DNA of 59,865 bases, filler included, from Basidiobolus ranarum (taxonomy: Eukaryota): assembly GCA_040143965.1 (NCBI GenBank). It is 4 parts of 4 records of this genome, joined end to end, with 100 filler letters (N's around TTAATTAATTAA, not from the genome) between each part and the next. Parts side by side here need not be neighbours in the genome. Positions count along the whole stretch, not along the records: positions 1 to 14,911 come from JASJQH010000405.1; positions 15,012 to 29,919 come from JASJQH010000406.1; 2 more parts are not named here. One strand, given 5' to 3'. Position 1 is the first letter of the stretch, and each line of letters begins with the position of its first letter. Under the pieces are notes generated by a model, which worked only from the letters and a program-made list of their open reading frames with translations, was not told where the DNA came from and ran no database searches. Below are positions 12,886 through 24,501 of the stretch, one piece after another. A program made the translations under genes and the position numbers.

Positions 12886-14911
12886 ATGACCGAACCAAAG
12901 GCACTTAGTGAGCATAACGAGTCCCAGACACAGCTTTCGGTGAATAATCAGAAAAGTCCACAGCTACCACCTCCTTCAAAATCTTTCAAAACTCCCAGTC
13001 CAAGTTTCGTTTCAAAGATCCCCATCCCTGCTAGACTTGTTAAAGAGAGATCGCCTAATACTTCCCCAACCGGTCTACTTGGCTTCAAATCACCACTTCC
13101 GGAGCAGAAAGAGCACTGGCGCCAGCATCGTCCTCTATCTAGCCCCACACTGTCCAACTCCTCTGGCGAAGAAAGTCCACTATCTAAAAAGCAAAGTTCT
13201 AATAAAGTTGACGCGTCTACTGATAATATGAACGACACCACGGACGATGAGGAAACTAACATATCCAAAAATGATACTTCCCCAACTGCAATTGGTACCA
13301 AGGAAGGTACCTCAATCGATACAACTTCTGAATCCAATTCTTATCTACCCACAGACGCTAATGATGAAAATTCCCACTCCCTTAATCAAGAATCTGTACA
13401 ACCGATTTTCGAAAATAAGGAAGGTGAGGAAGGCGATACATATCCAAAAGGCGGTCTAAAGGTTCGTTTTGATGACAACTCTCCAGAAAAAATAGCCAGC
13501 TATTGGGATTCAATCGCAGAGCCTATAAATAAGACGCCCAATACCACCCCTTTCTACAAAAGCCCTTTAGCAAATACCGTCAATTTTGACGAAAGCACAA
13601 CAGAGAATGAGGATAGTGTGTTTATGGAAGAGATATCGTATGTCAGTGACTCTGATGATATTAGGACATATCGACCCTCTTTCCTAGATGAAACAAGCTT
13701 TATGTCAGAGATTGACCATTCCAGTACTTCCATTGTCACGATGGAGAAAGAGGCAACAGTGCAGAAATTCTTCGCTGGTCTCTCTGAATCGGAATTTACA
13801 ATATACGAAAGCTCGCAATTTGACAGTTCCATCAAAGCAGAAAAGCAGAGTGATTTATCAACCAGTAGCCAATTGCAAGAGGAGGCACATAGCAGTTATT
13901 TAAGCACGGAAGACTCTCTAGTCGAACCAAAGAATCTCATTAGATTGGAGCAGACTGACTCAACAATGAATATTGAATCGAGCGAGGAAGATCACCGTGA
14001 TTCTGAAAACATTAGAGAATCTCATCCAACGCCTACCCATTCTGAAGAAAATATCAAACCCAATGTTTTTGAACCGAGTGAATTGAGAGTTGGAAACTCC
14101 ATAGTCGAGGTCGAAAATGCTGGTGTAGCTGATGAAGTCAGTCAATCGGGTACGATAAACCCTGAATCTTCCGAAAATATCTTGGAACATGACGAAGAAT
14201 CGTATAGCGAGGTGGTAAATCAGTCACAAGAAATCAAAAGACAGACAGGAGAATCTTCCGAAATATCAGAAACTGAACAAACTGTTCCTGTACGCGCGGA
14301 GTCGCCAGAAGATGCTGAACAAACTGTCCCTGGTCAGGTAATAAATACCAACTCGCTTGGGCATCCCAATAAATCATATGCCGATGCTGTCTCAAGTTCA
14401 CTTAAACATGGTCCGAATGAAGACGAATCGAAAATGGAAAGTACACCACAACTTGAGCCTTCAACTACTGAAGATACCATGGACAATTCATGGCCACTCA
14501 AATTTCCTTTACCGAATACTCCATTTGGTCAAGAGGCCTCTACTCAGATTGATAATGATTCAGGAAATTATCCTGAATATCACTCCGAAATAACATGGAA
14601 CTATAATGAGAGCCTGGATCGTAGAGACGAGCTCTCTCAAAGGTCCGACGTATCTGACATTAACGAAGCCCAGTCAAATGACCTAGATGCTGTAGTGGAC
14701 TCTGGCCAAACCGACCAAACGGGGCTATTTGAGGATGAAAGCACAATGAAAAACCCCTCCATCGTTGCAAGCCACACTCAAAGCATTGAAACTCCGAGCT
14801 TTTCCAGCTTTGAGACTCCCCAAAAACTTCTCAAGCAATTATCTTCGAGGCAGGCTTCTTCCGCCCCACCTCCAGCCAACATTGAGGAATTCAATCATAT
14901 CGAGTCAGGAC
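12886..14911 (+). CDS. Large acidic S/T/E-rich, probably disordered protein; 3' end cut by contig end
   Basis: Uninterrupted ORF of about 675 codons running into the N spacer. It has many SP sites and a KVRF (RVxF-like) motif, but no recognisable folded domain. Confidence 0.8.
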
Positions 14912-15011
14912 NNNNNNNNNNNNNNNNNNNNNNNNNNNNNNNNNNNNNNNNNNNNTTAATTAATTAANNNNNNNNNNNNNNNNNNNNNNNNNNNNNNNNN
15001 NNNNNNNNNNN
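14912..15011. other. Artificial contig spacer
   Basis: N44-TTAATTAATTAA-N44 (stops in all frames). Confidence 0.98.
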
Positions 15012-15100
15012 GATTCTTAGACTATAGATTTTGATATAGTTCCTTTTGATAGAAATGAAAATACCCTGAATCAATTTCATGAATAAACTCCATTTTGCCA

Positions 15101-15634
15101 GTCATTGTACCTCAATTTCATGGATGGATCTCTATGGTTTTCCCCACTTGTTCGTGGTGAGCACGGGTGGCAGATACGTTTAGAAGGTATACAGGTTGGT
15201 CCAAGCGTAATTGAAACTACGAAGCCTATAGTTATCGACTCCGGCTCCGCTTTTATAACAATTGGTTCCGATGTGGCCGCCGCTGTCCACGAGAATATCA
15301 TGGGTGCTACGTATATCAGAAGGAGAGGCTGGTACATACCATGTCAAGGCACATCATTAAATGATGTGAGTTTTATTTTCTCAGGAAAACCGTTCGGGAT
15401 CCCTGGTACCATGCTTCCCACTGCCAAAAGAAGTACCTTAGACCCCAACTTATGCTATTCTGGTATCCAGGAAACCCCAGGGGTAAGTACTCTATCCATA
15501 GTAATGAAAAGGTGTCCAAAATTAAATACGTCTTTATTTAGGCTTGGGTTATTGGACTGAATTGGTTTGAGTTCAATTATGTCGCTTTTGATGCAGACAG
15601 TAAACGTATTGGTATTGCACCAATTCGTATTTAG
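15101..15634 (+). CDS. Pepsin-family (A1) aspartic protease, C-terminal part only
   Basis: Second catalytic motif VIDSGSAFI and YIPC. After intron 15483-15541 the frame reads AWVIGLNWFEFNYVAFDADSKRIGIAPIRI*. The 5' part is lost at the contig start, and the start coordinate is approximate. Confidence 0.85.
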
Positions 15635-16551
15635 TACAACCAGATGTTTATGATTTCCTTTAGATTTTTCTAAGTTTTTGTCTTGCGCCTATTCCCTGTT
15701 CAATAATTTCTATTTGCGATGTTTGCGAAAGTTGCTTGTATGTACGTGTTTGTTCCTTTGTCCATTACCCTTCTAACTGAATTCCCCAGACTCGGATCAG
15801 TAAAATGTAGATCGTCATTCTATTTAATCCATCTATATAAAGAAAATACCTGTTATTTTGAGAGATCTTGGTAAAGATTAAATACTCATGCTTAGATAAC
15901 CACAAATAGTACAGCTTTGCACCTTTAAGCGGAGCATTAAGTGTGTGATATACGTATGGAATAGACTGATAAGCTTTGTTGAAATACGTATCCTGAGGTC
16001 ACGTACATTCTCCATAGCCAAGCTGCTGAAAGCACGTTTTTGTCCTCTAATAGCTAATAGCAACTTTCCGAAAATACCTCAATCTAGACCATGCTAATTC
16101 CTTACTACTAAAGTCGTACGATTTTCCTAGAGACTCTCTCATACTCGTAATAGGATAAAAACGGGCAATGATATCATGAATGAAATCATTCGTTTCGCAT
16201 AAAAATAGTAACCAACGCTATTGACAGATGACGTTCAATAGAGGATCATAAACCGCTTGGATGCTGGAAATTAGGTATTTAGGTTACTGGATGGCACGAT
16301 TATATCTAAACTGTAGAAGTGAATCTACTTCGGATCAAAATACGCAATATACAGCTAAGTTAGTAAGTATTTAGCAAATTGAAATGATGCTTACCGATCT
16401 AAAAGAATGGGATAAAACGAGTGAACGTTTGATGTTGATTTCTCACGTTTCGTAATGTTATATAAAATACAGCAGTGACAAGACTCTTATCATTTATTCA
16501 TTATTGAATTCTGCTACAACGAATCTCCAGATTGTCATACAGGAAATCGAA

Positions 16552-17379
16552 ATGTCTAATATGTCCACTTCTATAGAGTCTAGTCGGTTCCGGCGAGTGT
16601 TTAAACTACACGATTTTGATCTCACAACTCCAGTCACGTCCCATTTCGTATCTCCTAAAACTCTACTGATAGTGCGAACGATTCTAGCAACTTACACCAT
16701 TATCATTGTGCTCACCACCTTTATCATCAGTTTCCCAGATCCGCTTCGTGATTATTTTGCTTACTTCACACACCTCTCTTATCTAGGCTTAACAGTTTAT
16801 CTATGTGCCGCTGTGTATCACAGTTTCCGCTACTACCGTCAAGGAGATAAATACCTGGTTAATTCGAGGATAGCGAACAGTTCATTTGCTCTATTTGTCT
16901 ACTGGCTGGCTTATCATACTGTTGTAGTGTACCATATTGTAGTTCCAGTTATATATTGGGGGACCATTTATAGATCGGATATAACAATGACTAACATTAA
17001 CTGGTGGACTACCACCTCTTGTCACGGACTTGACTTCGTTTTCATGTTTATTGAGTTTTCATTGTCCAGATGGGTTCTCAAAGTTCCTTACTTGATTTTG
17101 GTTTTATTCATCTCCGTAACCTATATGTTTTGGGCATGGATTATCTACGCCATCTATAACAATTGGGTCTATGGCTTTCTAGATTGGTATCGACCAACAG
17201 GTGCCGTGCTCGGTGGTTACTTGGGTGTTACGGCCGCATTTGTTGTTGTATGTTTCTTCATGTATGGTTTACACTATACACGGGAATATATTGCACGAAG
17301 ATTCTTTCCTCAGGAGAAAAGTGCCGATTTTTGTGTGATTGACACGGGAAGTAAAGAGTGTGTAGAAGTGAATATCTAA
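16552..17379 (+). CDS. Multi-pass membrane protein, FAR-17a/AIG1-like
   Basis: Intronless ORF with about 6 hydrophobic helices and motifs YFTHLSY, HGLD and WVYGFLDW. TATAAAA at ~16461. Confidence 0.75.
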   Translation: MSNMSTSIESSRFRRVFKLHDFDLTTPVTSHFVSPKTLLIVRTILATYTIIIVLTTFIISFPDPLRDYFAYFTHLSYLGLTVYLCAAVYHSFRYYRQGDKYLVNSRIANSSFALFVYWLAYHTVVVYHIVVPVIYWGTIYRSDITMTNINWWTTTSCHGLDFVFMFIEFSLSRWVLKVPYLILVLFISVTYMFWAWIIYAIYNNWVYGFLDWYRPTGAVLGGYLGVTAAFVVVCFFMYGLHYTREYIARRFFPQEKSADFCVIDTGSKECVEVNI

Positions 17380-17871
17380 CACTTGCTTCAATAAGTTTCA
17401 CTTAGATAGACCCACCTTCTTCAGTTTTTGCTTTGATGAATTTCTTGTTTCATTGTGGAGGGTCATTTGGTTTATTTTCAATGAGTAACCTTAAATATTT
17501 TCTGATGACGAAGGATCAAAGTTTTAGGCTTGAATACCTAAGTTTTCTATAAATACATGGCTAAAATGCAATGAAGAATTCAAATAATATTTTGAGGAAA
17601 GATTTTTTTCTTGTGCAAATTAATTACGACTTATCCCTTATCCTAACCCTAAAGCTACCAAGAGAAAGGAAAGTAAGCCAAGTTGGGAATAATTGGGAGA
17701 ATACAAAATACGTTAAGTGAAGTGGAACCAAAATCACATTAGATCGTATGGATTGATTATATGGTTGACTCACCTTAAAGTTGTGTTGGTTGAACGAACA
17801 ACTAAGAATGACATAAGAATACAACGGGAAGTTTGGCTTTAACAATGTGAGCGATAAATTCATAGGAAATT

Positions 17872-19496
17872 CTAAGGCCAAATTTTGGTTTTTTTTTCAG
17901 GGGAGTCCGAAGAATCCGAATCCTCTGTCAGCAACTGTCTCTTATGATTAAGTTCTATCGGATCTTGAAATTCATCAAGTTCAATTCTACACTCTTCGAA
18001 CTCTGGCTCTTCTAGAGTTGCTGAAAAGGTCGGGGTGTTTGGTAGGAATTCCTGGTCATCCAATGCTAATTCAGAACATAGCGCGTTATTAGCTTCTAAC
18101 GATTTCAGATCGTCAATCTAATAAGAAATTAGATGAATTCGGCGTAAGGTGTCTTATTTCAGTCACAATATGTACCTTCAAGGATACTTCATGAATTGAG
18201 GAGATAATATCTGCGATTTCTCGTTCAATTAATACATATGGATCTTCATGCTCGGGTGGTGCTTTTGCCTTTCCTTTTCCAATCGCACGATCCACAACCT
18301 CAAGTTCAAGCTTCATGCTTTGGATACGTCTTATCATAATCGCTTGCACGTGTTCTAAATGCTCAATCGCTTGGGGAAGATTCGAAATATGTTCATGTAT
18401 CAATGCCACTTTATAGTAAGTGCGAATGAGTTAAGAAATATAAGGTTTGCTTCAAAAAAATAGCATGGCTTCTGATGATGTAAAGGATATGCTTCAGCCA
18501 AGGTTCGGTTATCTGGTTTGAGAAAAAGTTGTTTCAAAGAGAGTGATTCATGATAATCAATGAGCGCCTGTCGGTAGTTTTCTAATCGTCGTATATAATT
18601 AATGACGTGATGGTGAGGGCAACATTCTTTGCTAGATTCAGCTGTTATATACAGAAAAATAGATTACCAGATTCCATGGCGATATCACCCAGTACCATGA
18701 TCACCTCAGCCAGTTTCAATTTGGCATCAACCGTGTCTATGCTTTGGTATATCTCTCGAGCAAGATCCAAGTTGTGCCATGCATTTTCGAAATCGTCTGA
18801 CTGCTCTTCATTAATCCCACTAACCAACTCTGCCTCAGTTTCCGATTCGTAACCCAACTCGGAGCCATCTAAAATTTGCATATTCGATTCTGATGTGTCA
18901 AGTAAGAGTCACGGGATGATTCGGTTGATGCAAATTTTGATTGAGGAGTTTTTGGTAGAGATATCCATAGAAGTAGACCCGAAAGTAGGTTTGGTTCACA
19001 CATAAAATAAAGGTACAATCAGTAAATATCGTGCTTCGTTGTCTCGGAATATATGCCATCAAAAAAAGGTTCGTGGGATAAGAAACCTAGGTTTTGAAAA
19101 TTCTTGGGCGATGTTTTATATACGATCGTACTTTTAACGATGTTATTTCGTTGTATCGAACTTCCAAATAACGCTTGTCCATACAGAAATAAACCATCTG
19201 CACACTGTGGAGAGGAAGAGCCATAATGCTTCGCTCTACAAGAGAAAGTCTGTCAAAAAGTGTTTCATGGCAAGTAGTAAGTTTACGTACAATATTTCAG
19301 ACGCTTCACCAAACTTGTGAGAGGCTTCTGCATATTTCAAAAGCAACATGGCATTTCTACCCTCAAGAAACAAATTCTCCACATATTGGGCGTCTTGGAA
19401 GCCCTCAGCTAAAGTTGCCGGTGTGGGCTCTTTAATTTCTGCAATAGAGCTACAAGTTTCTTCACAAGAACTTTCAGGCTCAGGTAAGCTTTGCAT
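17872..19496 (-). CDS. NASP/Sim3/Hif1-family histone chaperone (SHNi-TPR), multi-exon
   Basis: Exons translate to YAEASHKFGEASEIL, HYGSSSPQCADGLFLYGQAL, DFENAWHNLDLAREIY, LAEVIMVLGDIAMESENYRQALIDY, RTLAEAYYKVAL and KIDDLK, with an acidic C-terminus ending in a KKTK NLS-like motif. Exon structure around 18890-19130 is uncertain. Confidence 0.85.
18420..18490 (-). other. U12-type (minor spliceosome) AT-AC intron
   Basis: The minus strand reads ATATCCTTT (donor)...TTTCTTAAC (branch point) TCATTCGCAC (ends in AC). Removing it restores LAEA-YYKVAL in frame. Confidence 0.88.
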
Positions 19497-20228
19497 ATTT
19501 ATCCCGACAAAAATAAAAAAGTGTATAAAGTGAGTGAATAAAGTAGTAAGTGTCTGCTTCAGTGTCGTCTCACGAGTGAGCTCGCAACTTGTATGCGTCT
19601 TCGAAGGGGTGATTAAAATATGGATGTTCTCTATAAAAAAGCTGAAAATTTGTTCAGTGGTGTAAAAAAAAATAGGTTGAGGTCATCTAATCTCATTTAG
19701 TAAAGAGCTCATATATACTTACGATAATGGCTACAAATGATGGACTGAGTTAAGAGTGAAGAAGCCTAACAAAACTATTTAAATTGACTGATTTTCCACA
19801 AAGACCCTAGTTTATATGAATTGAAAATATCCACAAGTGAAACCACCGGGAGTTTCCCCCTATTACCAACCAATGACAACGTATTTCTTCTATGCATGCA
19901 AACGAAGTCAGTCACACCAAGACATATCTGAGCTGCGGTTCCGGCTCAGGATAACGGATCTGGCAAGGAAGTGATATTTTGATATCACTTGATTTCTCCC
20001 AATACTCCTGCTATCGAAATGGTAAATGAAGATCTAGCTGCTGCGTGATCACATACAAACAAGGCAGTAGTATTTCAAGGGTTACATATGAGTTTAATGA
20101 TTGGCACATATTAGCCCTGTGTATGTATTTAATGCAAGTAATCGGACAGTAGGTCATTTATTAGGTATGTACAATATAATTTGAATTCATTAAACTGTAT
20201 AATTTGTCTGGTGGAGGTTTGAAGATTT

Positions 20229-20888
20229 TCATTGATCAATCTCCATGCTACTTTGAAGTAAATCGTCGTCATCCTGTATTTCATAAACAGTGGCATGCAC
20301 TGATTGCTCCGCACTATGCTGACATGCTGAGTGGTACGAAGGTTGGTAGGGCACTAATTGCATTGTAGAATGATCCAAGCCTGGTGGTTGTAGTTGTACG
20401 CAGGGCTCAGAATTAGAAGGTACATTATACAGAATTCGAAGATTTTCATTTGAAAAGGTAGGATGATTGTGTCTAATCAAAGCTTTGGTTCGGACATTCG
20501 AATGAACGCTTGATGTGGGAGGTGAAGTGAAGGATACCTCTTGTAATACTTCGCCACTGGTAATGTCGACGATACGTGGTTCAATCATGGATTGGAAATC
20601 TTCAACCAGGTGACTGGCCACAGAATTCTTATAGCCATTGGGACGAATCCGTTTGGAAGAGGACACTCGTGAATATGAGTCGGACTCCACAAATTCCTCT
20701 TCCAAAGAGCGCTTAACCGAATTTGAGTTAAGTATCGCTTTCTCTCTATCGGAGTATTCGCCTGAACGCCGTTTCTTGCATGAGCCAAAATAATTTTCTT
20801 CATAAAAACCACGCTTGAAGTTGGGACAATTCTCGTTGCTGTAGGTGAAAATACTCTGATTGTTACTAGGATACTGAGTAGAGAGCAT
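20229..20888 (-). CDS. Hypothetical protein, 219 aa
   Basis: Intronless ATG-initiated ORF with basic NLS-like clusters (CKKRR, SSKRIRP) and a TATAAAAG upstream at ~20972-20979. No family recognised. Confidence 0.7.
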   Translation of the reverse strand: MLSTQYPSNNQSIFTYSNENCPNFKRGFYEENYFGSCKKRRSGEYSDREKAILNSNSVKRSLEEEFVESDSYSRVSSSKRIRPNGYKNSVASHLVEDFQSMIEPRIVDITSGEVLQEVSFTSPPTSSVHSNVRTKALIRHNHPTFSNENLRILYNVPSNSEPCVQLQPPGLDHSTMQLVPYQPSYHSACQHSAEQSVHATVYEIQDDDDLLQSSMEIDQ

Positions 20889-21492
20889 TGTGTAAAATTG
20901 AGTAAAGTAATGGAGTCGCAGAAACTTGAAGTGAATCTTTTGATCAACGGCAAACTATCGAGAATAGGTGTCTTTTATAGTGCCGTTCAACGCGACACGA
21001 CGCTTAAAATAGCGCGAAATTCTTGGGTTTTTCGAGAGTGTTCTCCAAGAATCTATTGGCTCTATGACAGGCTGATTGGTGAATCACGATCCAAATTTAG
21101 TTAGACCTTAGTTAGCCTTGAACATAAACCATGCTGGCTATATGGAATTAACTTCATTATCATAGCAAATATAGATTGTCTGCTAATTGGTTGGAGACGC
21201 ATGAGCCAATAGACCAGCCGATATTTGTGTTCAACATGGAATTTCTTAGAAGGATTCCATCTCACTATTTTAACTGGACAGGTGTACTAAAGACTAGTTT
21301 GATGATTTAACCTAAACACGAAATCACTTTATTAGTTAATAGATTGTCAATGATGGCTTGTGTTGCTTGTTTGACAAGTGCTCAATGCTATTTGGTGTAA
21401 TAAATTTTCAGTCTTGTTTATATTTATGGGTTTATATATAAAAATAAGTGAGAAAGAAAAGGGAATACCAGGGATTCGAGTGATTTGTAGCT

Positions 21493-22945
21493 TTATGTGA
21501 GTTTGGCGGCTTTCTCGTAGAGTGATTCGACAACCAAACTCATTTGCTTCAAGGTATCAAGGGAGGCCTCATAAGTCTTATCCACTGCAGGTTCTTCAAA
21601 GACGATCAAACAACCAGCTCCCTGATCCAAAATACCATGGAATACTTTATCAAGAATCATTTGAGATAACTTGGTCTCGACCTGTGCTGTAGGTAATTTA
21701 ACCATTTCTGCAATATGAGAAATCTCTACTTTAGAGAATGGCTCAATGATGCGGACCAAATTTTGCTCTTGTAGAGTATCATAAAGAGAGGCCAATTGAG
21801 AACGGATAATAGGATCCTTTCCGAGTTCTTCATTGTAAGTGGCCAAGGCGTGTTCAAATTCTTGAAGTGAGCGATTTTTATGAGCAGTAGCCACGGATTT
21901 CATAGCATCCACTTCGCGTCCAGCATAGCGAAGTGCAAGCTTTCCACTTACGATGTTGTGAACATCATCCGCTGAGCCTATCATAATCTTGCATAATAGC
22001 ATATACTTGAGGGCAAGGACAGCCTTGGGATGATCTAGTGAAGAGTATCCTTCGAATGTTTCATAAAAGTATGAATATGCCGTTTTATAATCCTTTTCTT
22101 CGGCGTGAAGGATGCCGGATTGCATATCAAGTGCAGCTTGGAGTAATGGGGGGCAGTAAATAGCATTGGCTGAGGTTCTAGCTGAAGTTAAAGCGGCCCT
22201 AGCTTTAGGCAAGCTTCTCAAGGCGTGACAAACCTGACTTTCAAGTAACTGAACTTCAATTAACACCATCTTGTCATCCAAGCGCTTCAACTCTTTTAAG
22301 AGAGTAGAGATCAATTGGAGTGATTCGGTATACATCTTGTTGTCAAGGTACAAAGCAACAAGACGAGTCTCCAAAGATTGCTTTAAGAAAATACGTTTAT
22401 CTTCAATGCACCATTGAATGTTTTCTTTGCAAATGGAGATTTGCAAATCAAGAGAGTTTGGTATGCCGGTGAAGCAGTCGACTAGTGTTTTAACTAAACA
22501 GCAAAGGGTGTATAAATATGATATAACTTTTTCGAACAAATCATTCGAAAGCGTACGTACTAAGTTTAGCAGACTTTGCTTTGGGAATAGAGGCTAGGAA
22601 TGAGCGAGAATTGCGAATCAATTCAGAGAGTTCAGTTGGTTGACTACAAAGTAAATTTCATGGTGAATATGATTGATCTCGGATTGTTGAAAAATAAAAA
22701 CAATATTTACTTGAGTTGTCTGTAAAGTTCTCCCAGCTTCAATAGAGACTGTTCCTTTATCTTTACCGATTCTTCTTTGGAAGCTATTATAAAAAGGATA
22801 TCAAAATGAATGAACTTAAATACAGTCATCAGAGTGCTTAAAAACCTGATTCATCAGCGAGGAGACGTTTGTAAATTTCCACTGCCTTCTCAGGAGAAGT
22901 TTGTACAGTTTCTTCAGCAAGTCTTAATTCGTCTTGTACCGACAT
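21493..22945 (-). CDS. RPN6: 26S proteasome lid subunit Rpn6 (PSMD11)
   Basis: Four exons (22945-22846, 22783-22711, 22643-22561, 22493-21493). Conserved [30 protein letters not shown] and PCI-domain LSQMILDK. Confidence 0.96.
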
Positions 22946-23224
22946 CTGAGATTTGTTCTTAAGAGTAAGATGTTATAACTGATATTGAAGTGACTAAAGG
23001 GAGATAAAATAATTGTACAGTCAGTTTTTTACTGCTAGCACGCTATCAATCCGTCCTTATTTTCTCTTTCTTGTTAATTGCTCACGTATACTTTGATTAC
23101 GCAATAATCAATTGCGAAAATCACATGATCAGGAATTGCTTTCGTAAAGCATTTTTTGAGTAGGATTAATATCACACTCAGTAAAGCTCATACAACTTAC
23201 ATATATCTTATTTGTATTCACAAA
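22946..23224. promoter_or_regulatory. Bidirectional promoter region of RPN6/RPN7
   Basis: 279 bp between divergent ATGs, containing ATTACGCAAT, ATTGCGAAAA, TCACATGA and GCTTTCGTAAAGC at 23096-23150. Confidence 0.6.
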
Positions 23225-24501
23225 ATGTCAGAAGCTCCCATCGCTAAAATTCCCAACTTAGATTTGGCACACTACCGATTCATAATTCATAATGGTTCCA
23301 AGGACCTACACGAGGAAGCCCAACAAAAGCTTTTTCAAGAGATAAAAGAAAATAGTAAGTAAACTGAAATGGATATCTAACTAATAGGCTGTTCTAACCA
23401 TCTCTTTCTATCAAAATATAGATATGGCTCCTTTTTATCGTCTGATGTGTGAAGAACTGAAGGTACCCATTGATAACTCCGTGTTGGAAAGTATGGAAAA
23501 GGTTAATGAGGAAGAAATTCAAAAACTTGACGTGAAGCTTCAAGATGCCGAACAAAATGCCGGTGAAACTGAAGTTAGTGACGTACTCTTGGCTAAAGCA
23601 GAGCTTTATGCCAAGATTGGTGACAAGGTATGAAATAGTTTTGATTCCTCTATGAAATGGCTCTAATTTCATTTAATAGGAGAAAGCTTTGAGTGCTTAT
23701 AAAGTTGCTTATGAGAAGAATGCCACAGTAGGATATCGCTTGGATATTATATTTGCATTTATAAGAATCGGTCTCTTTTACTCGGACAATGATCTAATTA
23801 GTCGCAATATTGAGAAGGCCAAAGGAATCATTGAAGAGGGGGGTGACTGGGATCGTAGAAATCGCCTTAAGGTTTATAACGCTACCTATTTGATGTCCAT
23901 TCGTGACTTCAAAGGAGCTTCTGGTCTTTACCTTGATACACTCTCCACTTTTACCTCAACTGAACTCATGGAATACAAGGATTTTGTCAAATATGCTGTA
24001 TTAACTAGTGCCATTAGCTTGAACCGCGTGGATATGAAAAAGAAGGTTCTCGAGGCACCTGAAGTTTTGGAAGTTTTACACGAAATCCCTGGATTAGAAG
24101 ACTACATCACTTCTCTTTATAATGGCAATTACGCCAAATTTTTCCAATCGTTGGCCTTAATGGAGGAGAAATATCTCAAGGCATCTCGTTTGTTGTTCCC
24201 TCACATGAGATTCTATGTTCGTGAGATGCGCATTATTGCATATGCCCAATTGTTGGAATCTTATCGTAGTCTTACCATCGAAAGCATGGCCACTGCATTT
24301 GGTGTCAGTGAGGAATTTATTGACAATGATTTGTCGAGATTTATCTCTGCTGGTAGACTTAACTGTGTGATTGATAAAGTAAACGGTATAGTAGAAACCA
24401 ATCGTCCTGATAACAAGAATGCTCAGTATCAGCAAAGTATCAAGCAAGGCGATTTGCTTCTTAACCGGATTCAAAAACTCAGCCGTGTCATTAACGTCTA
24501 A
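23225..24501 (+). CDS. RPN7: 26S proteasome lid subunit Rpn7 (PSMD6)
   Basis: Three exons (23225-23354, 23422-23627, 23680-24501). Conserved [19 protein letters not shown] and [18 protein letters not shown]. Confidence 0.96.

Noticed and set aside
12948-14593. Overlapping or antisense ORFs within the long acidic gene (similar ones overlap RPN7, THR4, RAD5 and the chitinase)
   Set aside because: Shadow ORFs of real coding sequence with no independent motifs.
19846-19863. Minus-strand TAGGGGGAAACTCCCGG resembling RNase MRP CR-I
   Set aside because: No following GARAR hairpin or complementary CR-V found.
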